Positions 22,703-32,356 of a stretch of DNA of 64,000 bases are shown in pieces (position 1 is the first letter of the stretch; each line of letters starts with the position of its first letter). The stretch comes from an uncultured Clostridia bacterium (lineage in GTDB: Bacteria; Bacillota; Clostridia; Christensenellales; Pumilibacteraceae). The notes under the pieces are model-generated. The model searched no databases, had not been told where the DNA came from, and worked only from the letters and a program-made list of their open reading frames with translations. Position numbers and translations under genes: made by a program. The stretch lies in contig CAMWMF010000002.1 of the NCBI GenBank assembly GCA_947175335.1, positions 47,969 through 111,968 of the forward strand. Direction: 5' to 3'.

Positions 22703-24520
22703 TTACTGCTTATTCGGAAAACCGATTTCTATCAGCTTTTTCGCGTTGTATTCCACAACGTCCAACAAATGCTCGAATATCCTTTGCGCCGTCGCACGTT
22801 CGGGGATAGACCGCGACGTATTGCTGTCCGTGTTGTCCGAGTGCGCAAAAAAGTTGCGCTGTGCAAAGTATTCGGAATATAACGCCACCAGCACTTCGGC
22901 ATAAACCACGCTGTTTATGCGCTGGGTGTACCCGCTTTTAAGAATATACTTGCCGCTGTCGTCCTTGTCGAACGCCTGACCTATCATCTTGACCTTGATG
23001 TCCTTGGCGCATTGCAGGTCGAATACAAACCGCTCCAAACCCCTAAACGCCGGCACCAACAGCACCGAGTAGTCGGACAAGTGTAACGCGCTTTGCGAAA
23101 AGTCGTGTATGCCGAACGAAAAGTCTATGCGCGATTGCTCTGACAACAATCTATACGCCGTGGGCAACCGCTTTTTCAGCTTGTTCTGTAAGTCCGAAAC
23201 CTTTTTGCCGTCACCCGATTCCTCCACGTAGTTTTCGAGCGCCGACGAATAGTCGCTGTAATTGCCTATCTGCGACATGACCTCGCCGAACAAGTTGCTG
23301 CGCTTGCCTTGAAGCTGAATGGTCATACGCTTGGTTGCGTACCTAAGCAGCACCTTTTGTCCTTGCGCGTCCGATACGGTGAAATTCTTTACCTCTTGCA
23401 CCGTGCCGCCAAACTCCGTTTCGCCCGTCGTCACATTCTTGCCGTACGACTTTAACCGATTTAGCGCGCCGTCAAGCGCGTCAAGCGGAAAGTTCTTAAC
23501 CGAATAACCGTTTTTATATTCGGGCAGTTGCACTATGTCCGCCGTGGGCTCGTCCTTTTTTGCCTTGGGCGGACGGCCGCGCTTGCGCTTTTCCGTCGGC
23601 TGCGCCTGCGGTGCGGGTTCCGTGCTGTTTTTGGGCGGCCTGCCGCGTTTGCGTTTTTCGGGCGCTTGCGCCTGTTCTGTTTGCACCTGCGGCTGTTGCG
23701 GCCTTGTGTTGATTTTGAACACCGCGCCGTCGTCCTTGTCGCTATCTTCCGAACCGAATGAGATTTTGGGCGAATCAGTACGCGAGCGATGCCCTACCGA
23801 TATTGACATGCCGACGCGATTGGAAGCGCCATTATCCTCACGCTTTTCGGCGCGAACAGTGCTTGGCGTATACTCATAAGTACGTACCGATTGCGGCATT
23901 GCTTGCACGCGCGTACCGTTAAACGGTGTACCTTGCTCCAAGCGCGTTTCGCCGTACGACGGCAATACGCGTTTTTTCGCGGTCTGCGGCGGATATATAA
24001 CGTCACCGTCGTACGCGACCGATTTGTCTTGCATAGGCGGCCTTTTCTTTATCGTTTGCGGCGGGTAAATTTCGTCGGTAGAAATTTCAGCGCCCTTGGA
24101 AGAAACAAACAGCGTAGGGACAGGCGTAAACTCCTTGCGGCGCCGTATGCTGTCCGGCGAAACAAACAGCTTGGATCTGGTTGTGCTGTCGCTCACTTCC
24201 CTTACCAGCGTCTTAGGCATAGGCTGACTGCCCTGCGCCGGCACCGTCGAGCGTTTGACCGATTTGCCGACGGGCGCGTACAAGTCCAGTAGTCCCTGTG
24301 CCAAATCGCTCCTACCCGTTATGGACAGTATGTTTGCCGACGTGTCGTAAACCACAGCTACTTTATTTTCGCCAACAAGATAGGAATACCTATCGTAATG
24401 CGATCTTTCGGTAGCGCTAACCGTGCCGTTTGGCGTATAGGTTTTGGTGTCTATTTTGCGTATAAACTCCTTAACCTCGTCAAACGAGCACGGAGAAATA
24501 TTGTATCTTACATTCTCCAT
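22703..24520 (-). CDS. RnlA (RNase LS)-like HEPN protein with a long low-complexity insert containing two AT-hooks
   Basis: C-terminal DYSVLLVPAFRGLE and HEPN R-x4-H motif (RNFFAH); preceding TIQLQGK domain resembles the RnlA N-terminal repeated domain; KRKRGRPPK occurs twice. Confidence 0.7.
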   Translation of the reverse strand: MENVRYNISPCSFDEVKEFIRKIDTKTYTPNGTVSATERSHYDRYSYLVGENKVAVVYDTSANILSITGRSDLAQGLLDLYAPVGKSVKRSTVPAQGSQPMPKTLVREVSDSTTRSKLFVSPDSIRRRKEFTPVPTLFVSSKGAEISTDEIYPPQTIKKRPPMQDKSVAYDGDVIYPPQTAKKRVLPSYGETRLEQGTPFNGTRVQAMPQSVRTYEYTPSTVRAEKREDNGASNRVGMSISVGHRSRTDSPKISFGSEDSDKDDGAVFKINTRPQQPQVQTEQAQAPEKRKRGRPPKNSTEPAPQAQPTEKRKRGRPPKAKKDEPTADIVQLPEYKNGYSVKNFPLDALDGALNRLKSYGKNVTTGETEFGGTVQEVKNFTVSDAQGQKVLLRYATKRMTIQLQGKRSNLFGEVMSQIGNYSDYSSALENYVEESGDGKKVSDLQNKLKKRLPTAYRLLSEQSRIDFSFGIHDFSQSALHLSDYSVLLVPAFRGLERFVFDLQCAKDIKVKMIGQAFDKDDSGKYILKSGYTQRINSVVYAEVLVALYSEYFAQRNFFAHSDNTDSNTSRSIPERATAQRIFEHLLDVVEYNAKKLIEIGFPNKQ

Positions 24521-24782
24521 TATAACTCCGTAATAATAATCCGATATTTTTATCCGCAGTAAATATTAAGTAATAATATTTAATCTAAAAATAACCGATT
24601 ATTCTTTTGTTTTGCGCATCTCAATTATATTGAACGACGGAATACAACCGAATATATCTATTGTATTCCGTCGTTAGCAGTCAAATGCTGCAAGATGCTT
24701 TGTAAATACTCATTCGAGAGAACAAAATTATTGCTGTTTTATCTGTGTTTGTGCGGGTCTGTAAATTTGTTCCCCGAATAAA

Positions 24783-24808
24783 TATAAGCGACTTAATCGT
24801 CGCTTATA
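24783..24808 (-). terminator. Terminator of Ig-repeat surface protein gene
   Basis: Perfect 10-bp stem TATAAGCGAC/GTCGCTTATA just after the stop. Confidence 0.75.
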
Positions 24809-24817
24809 CTTTGATTT

Positions 24818-27800
24818 TTATTTCTTTACTTTGCGGAAGCGCACAACGTAGATGATAACGCCCGCAAGCAACACTATTGCCACTATGATGAGTACGGTAG
24901 AGAGCGTAGTCCAAGTGGTGGGAGTGCTGGAACCCTGGCTGGTAACGGTAAGCGTTTCGGTAATCTTGTAGTCGTTGCCGACGGCGTCCTTAGCCGTATA
25001 AACGATGGTGTACTCGCCTACCTTGTTAAGCTTGATTTCCGAGCCGTTGTTGCCCTTTGTGGCATAGCTGGTGTAGGTGCCGTCAACGGTGCTACCCGAA
25101 ATAAGCTCGTGCGAAGGGTCGTAAATCTGTTTTGTAATCGTTACGCCGTCCGTGCTTTCGCCCTCGGCAAGCTCAATGTTCTTGAACGTGAAGGTGTCGC
25201 CTTCCTTCTTAGCCGAAGCGGTGGATGTGCCGCCGCTGACGGTGAACTTGGGAGCAAATACGTCGCCAACACTAATCGTTTCGATAAGCTCCTCTTGGTT
25301 GCCGTTTTCGTAGACTGCAGTAAACGTTACTTTGTAAGCGCCGTCTTTGTCGGCTTTGAACTGATTGTTTTCGTCCAAAGTAACAGGCTGACCGTCGGGA
25401 TCTTTAACGTCGATGGTAACTGTGCCCATGCCGTATTGAGTATAAGCAACTGCTGTGGGAAGCTTGACAAGACCGTTGGTTTCGGAATATTCGCCCTTTT
25501 CGGCATCGTACTTAGCCTTGTAGCTGGGCATTGTGCCTTGCAGCTCGATTACAGGCGTAGCGTCATCTATTACTTGTACGCTGTAAGGAATATCAACCTG
25601 AGTAACGTCATCATAGTTGAAGCTACCTGCTTCACGATTGATGTTATCGGCGTTGATATAGCCGTCCCAAACGCGGTAGGACTGAGCGGTCTTAGCGGTG
25701 AACTCGTTGCCCATAAGGCTGAATATACCGCCCGTTATCTTGCGAACTACGCGGAAATCGCCTTGCTCGCTGATATGCTTGATGACCGAGTTTTTAAGAT
25801 TGTACTTGACGTTGACTTCGCCCTTGGTATCGACGTTAGCGATAGCCGAGGTTTGGTTGTTGCCGTGCGTCGACGGATTTACGCCCGTTAACTTATAGCC
25901 GTACACGTCGTTGTTGCCGTTCACGTCGAACACGCGAATGGTCATAGTATATGCGGGTTCTTCTTCCTCGCCTTCGGCTGCCTTAGCTGCACTCGTAGCG
26001 GTGAAGATGATGTTTTGCACGTAAATCTTGGCTACGTCGTCCTTTACGTCGGACAGCGTTTCAAGCGTAACGTCAACGTGGTTGCCTTCCGGATCGTACA
26101 CAGCTACTTCGAAGCCGGTGTAGTTGCGCATATCCTTGTTGGCAGCGGTAATAACAAACGAACCTGCGTTTACCGTGTCGCCCACTTTGATAGGAGTAGT
26201 ATCGGTGCTGTCCTTGGCGGTGTTGACAAACTTAATCTTGGTGCCGTCAAACGCGAACTTTCCTTCCGTTTCGGCTTCCTTGATAATTTTGGTGACAGCG
26301 GCAATCTTGGTGTAGTCCGCAGGAGTAGCGGCTACGTCGATATAGCTCTTGTCGTCAGCCACGGCGTTGCTGCGGAAGTTGCCCGCTTTGTCGGTTACGC
26401 CGATATAGTAGTAAAGGTTGTCGCCCAGTTCAAGCTCGGCCTCGTCGTCCTTGCCCTCGTTGATTACAAGGTAGCCGGGCTTTGCCGTAAGGGACGCGAC
26501 TTCGCCACCCTTGACGGGGATGGATTTGTCTTCTGCGGTATACAGTCTGTAATCGACAAGAAGTCTGGTGTCTTCCTTGTCGGCATACACGGGGTACGGA
26601 ACGGTGAACGTTTCGTCAGCGGCCGAAATGTAATCGGGAGCGGTTACTTCCGCCGTGTTGGGGATGTTCTTGTCCTCGTAAGTGTCGGTAAGCGTGATGG
26701 TATACGTTTTGGACGAAGTGTTGTTGTCCTTGTCGCGGGCGCGGAACAATACCGTATAAGTGCCCGCCTTGGACTTGACTGCTTCACCCTTGGAATTTTT
26801 CTTAACGTACTTGGAGAAGTCGAACACAAAAGCTTTGTCGTCGTTGTTGAACGTAGCGTCTTCGGTGTACACGTCGTTTTTGGTGAACTTGCCGTCGTCG
26901 CCGGTCGACAAAATGTTGGTGATGGAAAGAACTGTCTTGGAGTTTTCCGAATCGGTTATACGGAAGTACAGGGAAATAAGGTCGTCCTTGTCGTCCGCAT
27001 CCTTAGGCATATGGCACTTGTTGTCCACAAGCTCGGGAATGAGGAACTTAACTTTGCCCTGCATATCTACCGATTTGCCGGCTTCGTCCTTAACGTCCAT
27101 GCCCCATTTTTCGGGAATGAGATACTCGTACTTGTCGGTATTTTTAAACACAGGTGCAACGTGGTCGGCAACTTTGATTATACCCTCGTTGGTGCCGGAC
27201 TTGCCGCCTGCCGACGGATTAGCCTCGTCGTAGAAATCGTTATAAGCGGTGTAACGTACCTTGTAATCGCCCGTTTTGGTCGGGTAGAAGGTCATCGTTT
27301 TGTCGTTGTCGAACTGGACGGGATCGTCCGCTATAGTTTCGTAAGCGTAGCCGTCGTCGTTGACCTTGACGTTGTTTACTTTATTATTGTCCGGATCGAG
27401 AACCTCGATAACAACTTTAACGTTGTCGTCGCTCTTGTCGGAGACCTTAGCCACAGGAAGCGTGACAGGACGGTTGACCGACGCGGTTTGCGTCATGCCG
27501 GACACGGCGAGCGACGGATTGCCGCTCTTGTTAACCTTGGACTGAACGTTAACGGTGAACGTTTTGGTAAGGCGCTTGGTGCCGCCCTCTTTGCCGAGCG
27601 TAGCGGTATAAGTAATGAACACTTTGCCGTCGTCTTCGGCCTTGAAAGTTTTGTCTTCGCCGTAGGTATGATTCTTAGAGTCCGCGATTTCGATTGTGTA
27701 ATCCTTGTCGGGATAATCTCTGAGAATGTTGTTTTCGTCGTAGTATTTGACGGAAGCTTCGGGAAGCGTGAACTGAGTACCCTTTTCCACATACGTGGGG

Positions 27801-28207
27801 ATATCCGCGCCGTTATACTTAATAAAAAGGAAATAATCCTCTTTAAGCGATACGCTTACCTTGAAGTTGTACGAAATGCCCTCTTCGGTATAGCTGACCT
27901 TGTATACGCCGAGCTGCGTAGCCGTAACCTTGCCACCCGTAGCGGTAACTTCGTCGCCGTTGGGTGCGGTAACGGTTGCGTCTGCGGGAACGGTAAATTC
28001 ATCGCCGTAGTCGCATTTGTCCTTTACTTTTACGCCTTTGGCAACGTCGACCTTTTCAGAAGTGGTGGGCGTTACCAAATTTTCATCGCCCTCAGCACGA
28101 GCGGCGCGAGGCGCGACAAAAGTAAAGCAAGTGATCAGCATTGCCAGACATACAAACAGCGTCGTGGCAGTCAATCCGATTCTTTTGATTAGTCCGAGTT
28201 TTTTCAT
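24818..28207 (-). CDS. Secreted single-pass surface protein with Ig-like repeats (1129 aa)
   Basis: Signal peptide ending APRAARA, repeated beta-rich units (D..AP.F/I; G.Y.V.Y.A.D) and C-terminal TM followed by RFRKVKK. Confidence 0.85.
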   Translation of the reverse strand: MKKLGLIKRIGLTATTLFVCLAMLITCFTFVAPRAARAEGDENLVTPTTSEKVDVAKGVKVKDKCDYGDEFTVPADATVTAPNGDEVTATGGKVTATQLGVYKVSYTEEGISYNFKVSVSLKEDYFLFIKYNGADIPTYVEKGTQFTLPEASVKYYDENNILRDYPDKDYTIEIADSKNHTYGEDKTFKAEDDGKVFITYTATLGKEGGTKRLTKTFTVNVQSKVNKSGNPSLAVSGMTQTASVNRPVTLPVAKVSDKSDDNVKVVIEVLDPDNNKVNNVKVNDDGYAYETIADDPVQFDNDKTMTFYPTKTGDYKVRYTAYNDFYDEANPSAGGKSGTNEGIIKVADHVAPVFKNTDKYEYLIPEKWGMDVKDEAGKSVDMQGKVKFLIPELVDNKCHMPKDADDKDDLISLYFRITDSENSKTVLSITNILSTGDDGKFTKNDVYTEDATFNNDDKAFVFDFSKYVKKNSKGEAVKSKAGTYTVLFRARDKDNNTSSKTYTITLTDTYEDKNIPNTAEVTAPDYISAADETFTVPYPVYADKEDTRLLVDYRLYTAEDKSIPVKGGEVASLTAKPGYLVINEGKDDEAELELGDNLYYYIGVTDKAGNFRSNAVADDKSYIDVAATPADYTKIAAVTKIIKEAETEGKFAFDGTKIKFVNTAKDSTDTTPIKVGDTVNAGSFVITAANKDMRNYTGFEVAVYDPEGNHVDVTLETLSDVKDDVAKIYVQNIIFTATSAAKAAEGEEEEPAYTMTIRVFDVNGNNDVYGYKLTGVNPSTHGNNQTSAIANVDTKGEVNVKYNLKNSVIKHISEQGDFRVVRKITGGIFSLMGNEFTAKTAQSYRVWDGYINADNINREAGSFNYDDVTQVDIPYSVQVIDDATPVIELQGTMPSYKAKYDAEKGEYSETNGLVKLPTAVAYTQYGMGTVTIDVKDPDGQPVTLDENNQFKADKDGAYKVTFTAVYENGNQEELIETISVGDVFAPKFTVSGGTSTASAKKEGDTFTFKNIELAEGESTDGVTITKQIYDPSHELISGSTVDGTYTSYATKGNNGSEIKLNKVGEYTIVYTAKDAVGNDYKITETLTVTSQGSSTPTTWTTLSTVLIIVAIVLLAGVIIYVVRFRKVKK

Positions 28208-28253
28208 TTAGTCGATAATCTCCTAATATGCTTTTGTACACATATACTGTTCA

Positions 28254-28282
28254 ATTATACAATTACGAGCAGTATTTGTCAA
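28254..28282 (-). promoter_or_regulatory. sigma70 promoter TTGACA-17-TATAAT
   Basis: Perfect consensus 46 nt upstream of ATG 28207. Confidence 0.85.
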
Positions 28283-28477
28283 ACATTTTTAATACCAAAT
28301 CAAAAAAGATTTAATTTTGTTGTAAGGTATTTTGGGGCGCGGACGGGCCGCCGTTTCCTATATTATGAGAAAGGCAGGAAAAAATTATGTAAGATACGCA
28401 TTCCCCTTTTGCCTATAATATGAACTGGCGGGCGCTCAATGGTGAACGCCCGCTCGATTCGGCAATGTTTTCCAAGC

Positions 28478-29245
28478 TTATTTCTTATTTAACTGATAAA
28501 TTATATTCAGTCCTCTAAGGGTGAGCGTTCTGTCCACAACGTCTATTACGGACACGCACTTGTTCACTATATCGGATATGCCGCCGGTGGCTATTACCTT
28601 GGCGTCAAGTAGCCCGCTCTCCTTTTTGAGCCGCGCCACCATCGATTCTATCATGCCGGAATAGCCGAAGATTATGCCCGACTGCATATTGGTTATGGTG
28701 GTTCTGCCTATCGCGCTTTTAGGCACGGATAGCTCCACCTTGGGAAGCCGCGCCGCCGCGTCGGACAACGACTCGGACGCCGCTTTCAGTCCGAACGAAA
28801 TCGCGCCGCCCAAAAGCTCGCCTTTTGCCGATATCACGTTGAACGTGGTTGCCGTGCCGCAGTCTATAACTATGCACGGCGCGCCGTACAGCTTGTACGC
28901 GCCCACGCAACCCGCCACCCTATCGGCGCCCAGCTCTTTGGGATTGTCGTACTTGATGTCCAGCCCGCACTTTAACCCGGCGCCGACCGTGAGCGGCTTT
29001 ATGCCGAAATAGGTCTTGACCATATGCTCGAAGGTGTAGTTAAGATTGGGATTGACCGAGCTTATGATAACGCCCTCGACGTCGCGCGGCGAAATATCCT
29101 TGACGGCAAGCATGTCCTTGATGAGTAGCCAGTACTCGTCGCCCGTCTTGTTTGCCGACGCCATACGCAACGTATGCAACAGCTCGTCGCCGTCGAACAC
29201 GCCCATTTTTATGTTGGTGTTTCCTATGTCGAATACTATAACCAT
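28478..29245 (-). CDS. coaX: Type III pantothenate kinase
   Basis: DIGNT, LGADR and IVIDCGTATT motifs. Confidence 0.96.
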   Translation of the reverse strand: MVIVFDIGNTNIKMGVFDGDELLHTLRMASANKTGDEYWLLIKDMLAVKDISPRDVEGVIISSVNPNLNYTFEHMVKTYFGIKPLTVGAGLKCGLDIKYDNPKELGADRVAGCVGAYKLYGAPCIVIDCGTATTFNVISAKGELLGGAISFGLKAASESLSDAAARLPKVELSVPKSAIGRTTITNMQSGIIFGYSGMIESMVARLKKESGLLDAKVIATGGISDIVNKCVSVIDVVDRTLTLRGLNIIYQLNKK

Positions 29246-29856
29246 TATATATTACCGTTTTGTTGTCCGTTGTCTGTTACAGTTGTTTTGGGTACGTGCA
29301 GCTTGTCCTTACCGCGTAGCACCACGCGGTTGAGCGTAACGCTTATGGGCGGAACTATCGCCGCCATGCACGCGCATTCTATCGCGCCGCTAATCAGCAT
29401 TTCGGGCGCGGCAACAAGCATTGTCACGCCGCCCAGCGAAAGATTGGGAAGTATCAGCACGAACATCGTAACTACAAGCGCGGTATTGAAAAGGCTCCCT
29501 ATCGCCGCAGATATCGATACCGCCGCGATTTGCCCCACCTTCTTTTTGGGCTTTGCCAAATGCTCTATCAGCTTGTACGCGCCGAATGCGCCGAGCGCTG
29601 CGAGTATGCGCGGAAAGATAGCAATGTACGGCGCTTGCATAAACCCGAGCGCGGCGAACGACGGCGTGGGCGCGATAAAGCAATACGCAAAGCTTATGCA
29701 CCCGAACGCCAGCCCGACAAAAGCAGTCATGCCGACGGTAAGCGTAGTAGCCGCCACCATCACCGGCAAAAAGAACACGAACGGCAAAAGTCCGGTAACG
29801 GCGCACAGCGCGGCAAGCGTTGCGGCAAGCGTAATAGAACGCGTGCTTATTTTCAT
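29245..29856 (-). CDS. ECF transporter S component, probably pantothenate (PanT-like)
   Basis: About 6 TM segments and an ECF-S-like N-terminus; translationally coupled to coaX. Substrate is inferred from context. Confidence 0.75.
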   Translation of the reverse strand: MKISTRSITLAATLAALCAVTGLLPFVFFLPVMVAATTLTVGMTAFVGLAFGCISFAYCFIAPTPSFAALGFMQAPYIAIFPRILAALGAFGAYKLIEHLAKPKKKVGQIAAVSISAAIGSLFNTALVVTMFVLILPNLSLGGVTMLVAAPEMLISGAIECACMAAIVPPISVTLNRVVLRGKDKLHVPKTTVTDNGQQNGNI

Positions 29857-30119
29857 TTGATTCCTCCTGTTGAACCCTCGCCTATACGCGAGTAGCCCAC
29901 AGTCATATTTAGGTAGTATAAACTACCGCTCATAGTGTAGCACAGCGACAAAAAATACGCAAACAATATTTGAAAGTTTTTTGCACACAACGCCGAAAAT
30001 TCCATACACTGAAATTAGATAGGCGCTTATCGCACAAAAGAAAAACCGTACCGCCCTCGCGTAACCGCGGACGCGAGGCGCGACTACGGCAAACAAATCT
30101 ATGGAAGGAGGAACGCAAA

Positions 30120-30296
30120 ATGTTCAACGGTGGCGGATGCTGCGATATACTTTGGCTCTTGTTGCTTTGCAGCTGCTGCGGCGGCAACAACTGCGGCTGT
30201 GACTGCGGCTGCAAAAAGGGCTGCGACTGCAACGATTTACTGTTATTCTACATTCTTATGTGCTGCTGCGGCGGCAAAGATAAATGCTGCTGCTAA
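30120..30296 (+). CDS. 58-aa cysteine-rich small protein (17 Cys)
   Basis: Strong RBS AAGGAGG before ATG 30120; MFNGGGCCDILWLLLLCSCC...KDKCCC; followed by a terminator. Confidence 0.8.
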   Translation: MFNGGGCCDILWLLLLCSCCGGNNCGCDCGCKKGCDCNDLLLFYILMCCCGGKDKCCC

Positions 30297-30362
30297 TCCG
30301 ACAAAGCACTGCGGCAAGACCGTAAGCATGCTATTGCCGCGTAAAAATACTGTACATAAGTT

Positions 30363-30397
30363 AAAAACCCACCGTCCGATCGCGACGGTGGGTTTTT
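30363..30397 (+). terminator. Intrinsic terminator
   Basis: AAAAACCCACCGTC...GACGGTGGGTTTTT. Confidence 0.85.
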
Positions 30398-30399
30398 AA

Positions 30400-30634
30400 T
30401 AATTCGGAATGCGGAATTATGAATTCGGAATTGAAAATAAGGATTATTTTTAGTGATTGTGCGGCTAACGCCTAGATTTCTCCGCTACGCGCTTACGCGC
30501 TTCGGTCGAAATAATGGGATTAGACTTTACTCTCATCACCCCGAGCGCAGTCGAGGGGTCTAGGCGAACCGCCGCATAGTGGTTACACTATTATTACCTT
30601 TAATTCCGAATTCATAATTCCGAATTCCGAATTA
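30400..30634. repeat. Heptamer-armed palindromic element, core type A (copy 1)
   Basis: Arms TAATTCGGAATGCGGAATTATGAATTCGG / CCGAATTCATAATTCCGAATTCCGAATTA; core GCCTAGATTTCTC...GAGGGGTCTAGGCG. Confidence 0.9.
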
Positions 30635-30636
30635 AA

Positions 30637-32022
30637 TTAGTCCATTTTGCAAGCATCTAATATATAGTCGGCGACCTTGCTTTCGTCCATACGGATTTGG
30701 CTCATGCTGTCGCGGTCGCGAACGGTTACGGTGCCTGTCGGCTCGGTGTCGAAGTCCACCGTAATGCAGAACGGAGTGCCTATTTCGTCCTGACGGCGGT
30801 AGCGCTTGCCTATTGAACCGGGCAGGTCGTACGTGCAGGCTATGCCCTTTTTGCGAAGTCCGCGGTACAGGTTGTCGGCACGCTCGGACAACGCTTTTTG
30901 CAGCGGCAGTACCGCCGCCTTGTACGGCGCGATAGCGGGCGCAAAGCGCATAACGGTGCGCGTTTCCTTTTCCAGCTGCTCCTCGTCGTACGCGTCGCAA
31001 AGTACGGCAAGCATTGCCCTACCAGTACCGAGCGACGGCTCTATAACGTACGGCACGTACGTTTCGTTGGTGACGGGGTCGGTGTATTCCAGCTTCTCGC
31101 CCGAAAACTCGGCGTGTTTTTTAAGGTCGTAATCGGTGCGGTCGGCTATGCCCCACAGCTCGCCCCAGCCGAACGGGAACAAGTATTCGAAGTCGCTCGT
31201 CGCTTTGGAATAGAAGCTGAGCTCGGCCTTGTCGTGGTCGCGTATGCGCAGGTTTTCCTTTTTGATACCAAGCTTTTGCAAGAACTCGAAGCAGTAGTTT
31301 TTCCAGTAGTCGAACCATTCGAGGTCGGTGTCGGGCTTGCAGAAAAATTCCATTTCCATCTGCTCGAACTCGCGCAGGCGGAAAATAAAGTTGCCGGGCG
31401 TAATCTCGTTGCGGAAGCTCTTGCCTATCTGGCAAATGCCGAACGGCACGCGCGCACGCGCCGAACGCGTTACGTTTTTGAAGTTGACGAATATACCCTG
31501 CGCCGTTTCCGGGCGAAGATAGCACGTGGACACCGTGTCCTCGGTAACGCCCTGGAAGGTCTTGAACATAAGATTGAATTTCTTTACAGGCGTAAAGTCG
31601 GACTTGCCGCAAACGGGGCAAGGAATTTTATGCTCGGCAACGAACGCCGACAGCGCGTCGTTGTCCATTGACGCGACGGGCACGGAAAGCTTGTGCTTGT
31701 TGGCGTAATTTTCCACAAGGTCATCGGCGCGGCAACGACTTTTGCACGCGCGGCAGTCCATAAGCGGGTCTGAAAATCCGGCAAGGTGTCCGGACGCTTC
31801 CCAAACCTTGGGGTTCATAAGTATGGCGCAGTCAAGACCGAAGTTGTTTTCGCTTTCGGTAACAAACTTTTGCCACCACGCCTTTTTAATATTGTTGTAA
31901 AGCTCGACGCCCACCGGACCGTAGTCCCACGTGTTGGCAAACCCGCCGTAAATCTCGCTGCCCGCAAAGATGATTCCGCGCGACTTGCACAGCGCAACCA
32001 GCTTATCCATTGTAACCTTCAT
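30637..32022 (-). CDS. glyQS: Glycine-tRNA ligase (alpha2 type)
   Basis: [29 protein letters not shown] and the C-terminal anticodon-binding domain. Confidence 0.97.
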   Translation of the reverse strand: MKVTMDKLVALCKSRGIIFAGSEIYGGFANTWDYGPVGVELYNNIKKAWWQKFVTESENNFGLDCAILMNPKVWEASGHLAGFSDPLMDCRACKSRCRADDLVENYANKHKLSVPVASMDNDALSAFVAEHKIPCPVCGKSDFTPVKKFNLMFKTFQGVTEDTVSTCYLRPETAQGIFVNFKNVTRSARARVPFGICQIGKSFRNEITPGNFIFRLREFEQMEMEFFCKPDTDLEWFDYWKNYCFEFLQKLGIKKENLRIRDHDKAELSFYSKATSDFEYLFPFGWGELWGIADRTDYDLKKHAEFSGEKLEYTDPVTNETYVPYVIEPSLGTGRAMLAVLCDAYDEEQLEKETRTVMRFAPAIAPYKAAVLPLQKALSERADNLYRGLRKKGIACTYDLPGSIGKRYRRQDEIGTPFCITVDFDTEPTGTVTVRDRDSMSQIRMDESKVADYILDACKMD

Positions 32023-32051
32023 AACCGCACCTCGGTAATATTATCGTAAAG

Positions 32052-32080
32052 ATTATATGATATAATCGGCGTGTTGTCAA
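32052..32080 (-). promoter_or_regulatory. sigma70 promoter for glyQS (TTGACA-17-TATAAT)
   Basis: Consensus boxes about 30 nt upstream of ATG. Confidence 0.8.
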
Positions 32081-32091
32081 GCCGATTTGTT

Positions 32092-32352
32092 TAATTCGGA
32101 ATTATGAATTCGGAATTCGGAATTGAAGGAAAATGTTTTATTTAAATTATTATGCGGCTACGCCTAGATTTCTCCGCTACGCGCTACGCGCTTCGGTCGA
32201 AATGATGGGATTATTGAATTGCCTTTTCCGAAAAGCAATGCTGTTGCCCCATCACCCCGAGCGCAGCCGAGCGAGGTCTCACGCGAACCGCCGCAAACGT
32301 GTTTGTTATTACCACCCATAATTCCGAATTCAGCATTCCGAATTCCGAATTA
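32092..32352. repeat. Heptamer-armed palindromic element, core type A (copy 2)
   Basis: Same arms and core as 30400-30634, with a different central segment. Confidence 0.9.
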
Positions 32353-32356
32353 TTCG

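Noticed and set aside
24521-24817. RnlB antitoxin gene upstream of the RnlA-like gene
   Set aside because: AT-rich region with only a ~10-codon minus-strand ORF.
26015-28192. 725-aa plus-strand ORF
   Set aside because: Antisense shadow of the Ig-repeat protein.
29970-30119. 108-aa version of the Cys-rich ORF
   Set aside because: The strong RBS precedes ATG 30120; the upstream part overlaps the promoter region.
32023-32352. T-box riboswitch upstream of glyQS
   Set aside because: The promoter is ~30 nt from the ATG and no T-box (AAGGTGGAACC-like) sequence is seen; the structured DNA beyond is a repeat element.
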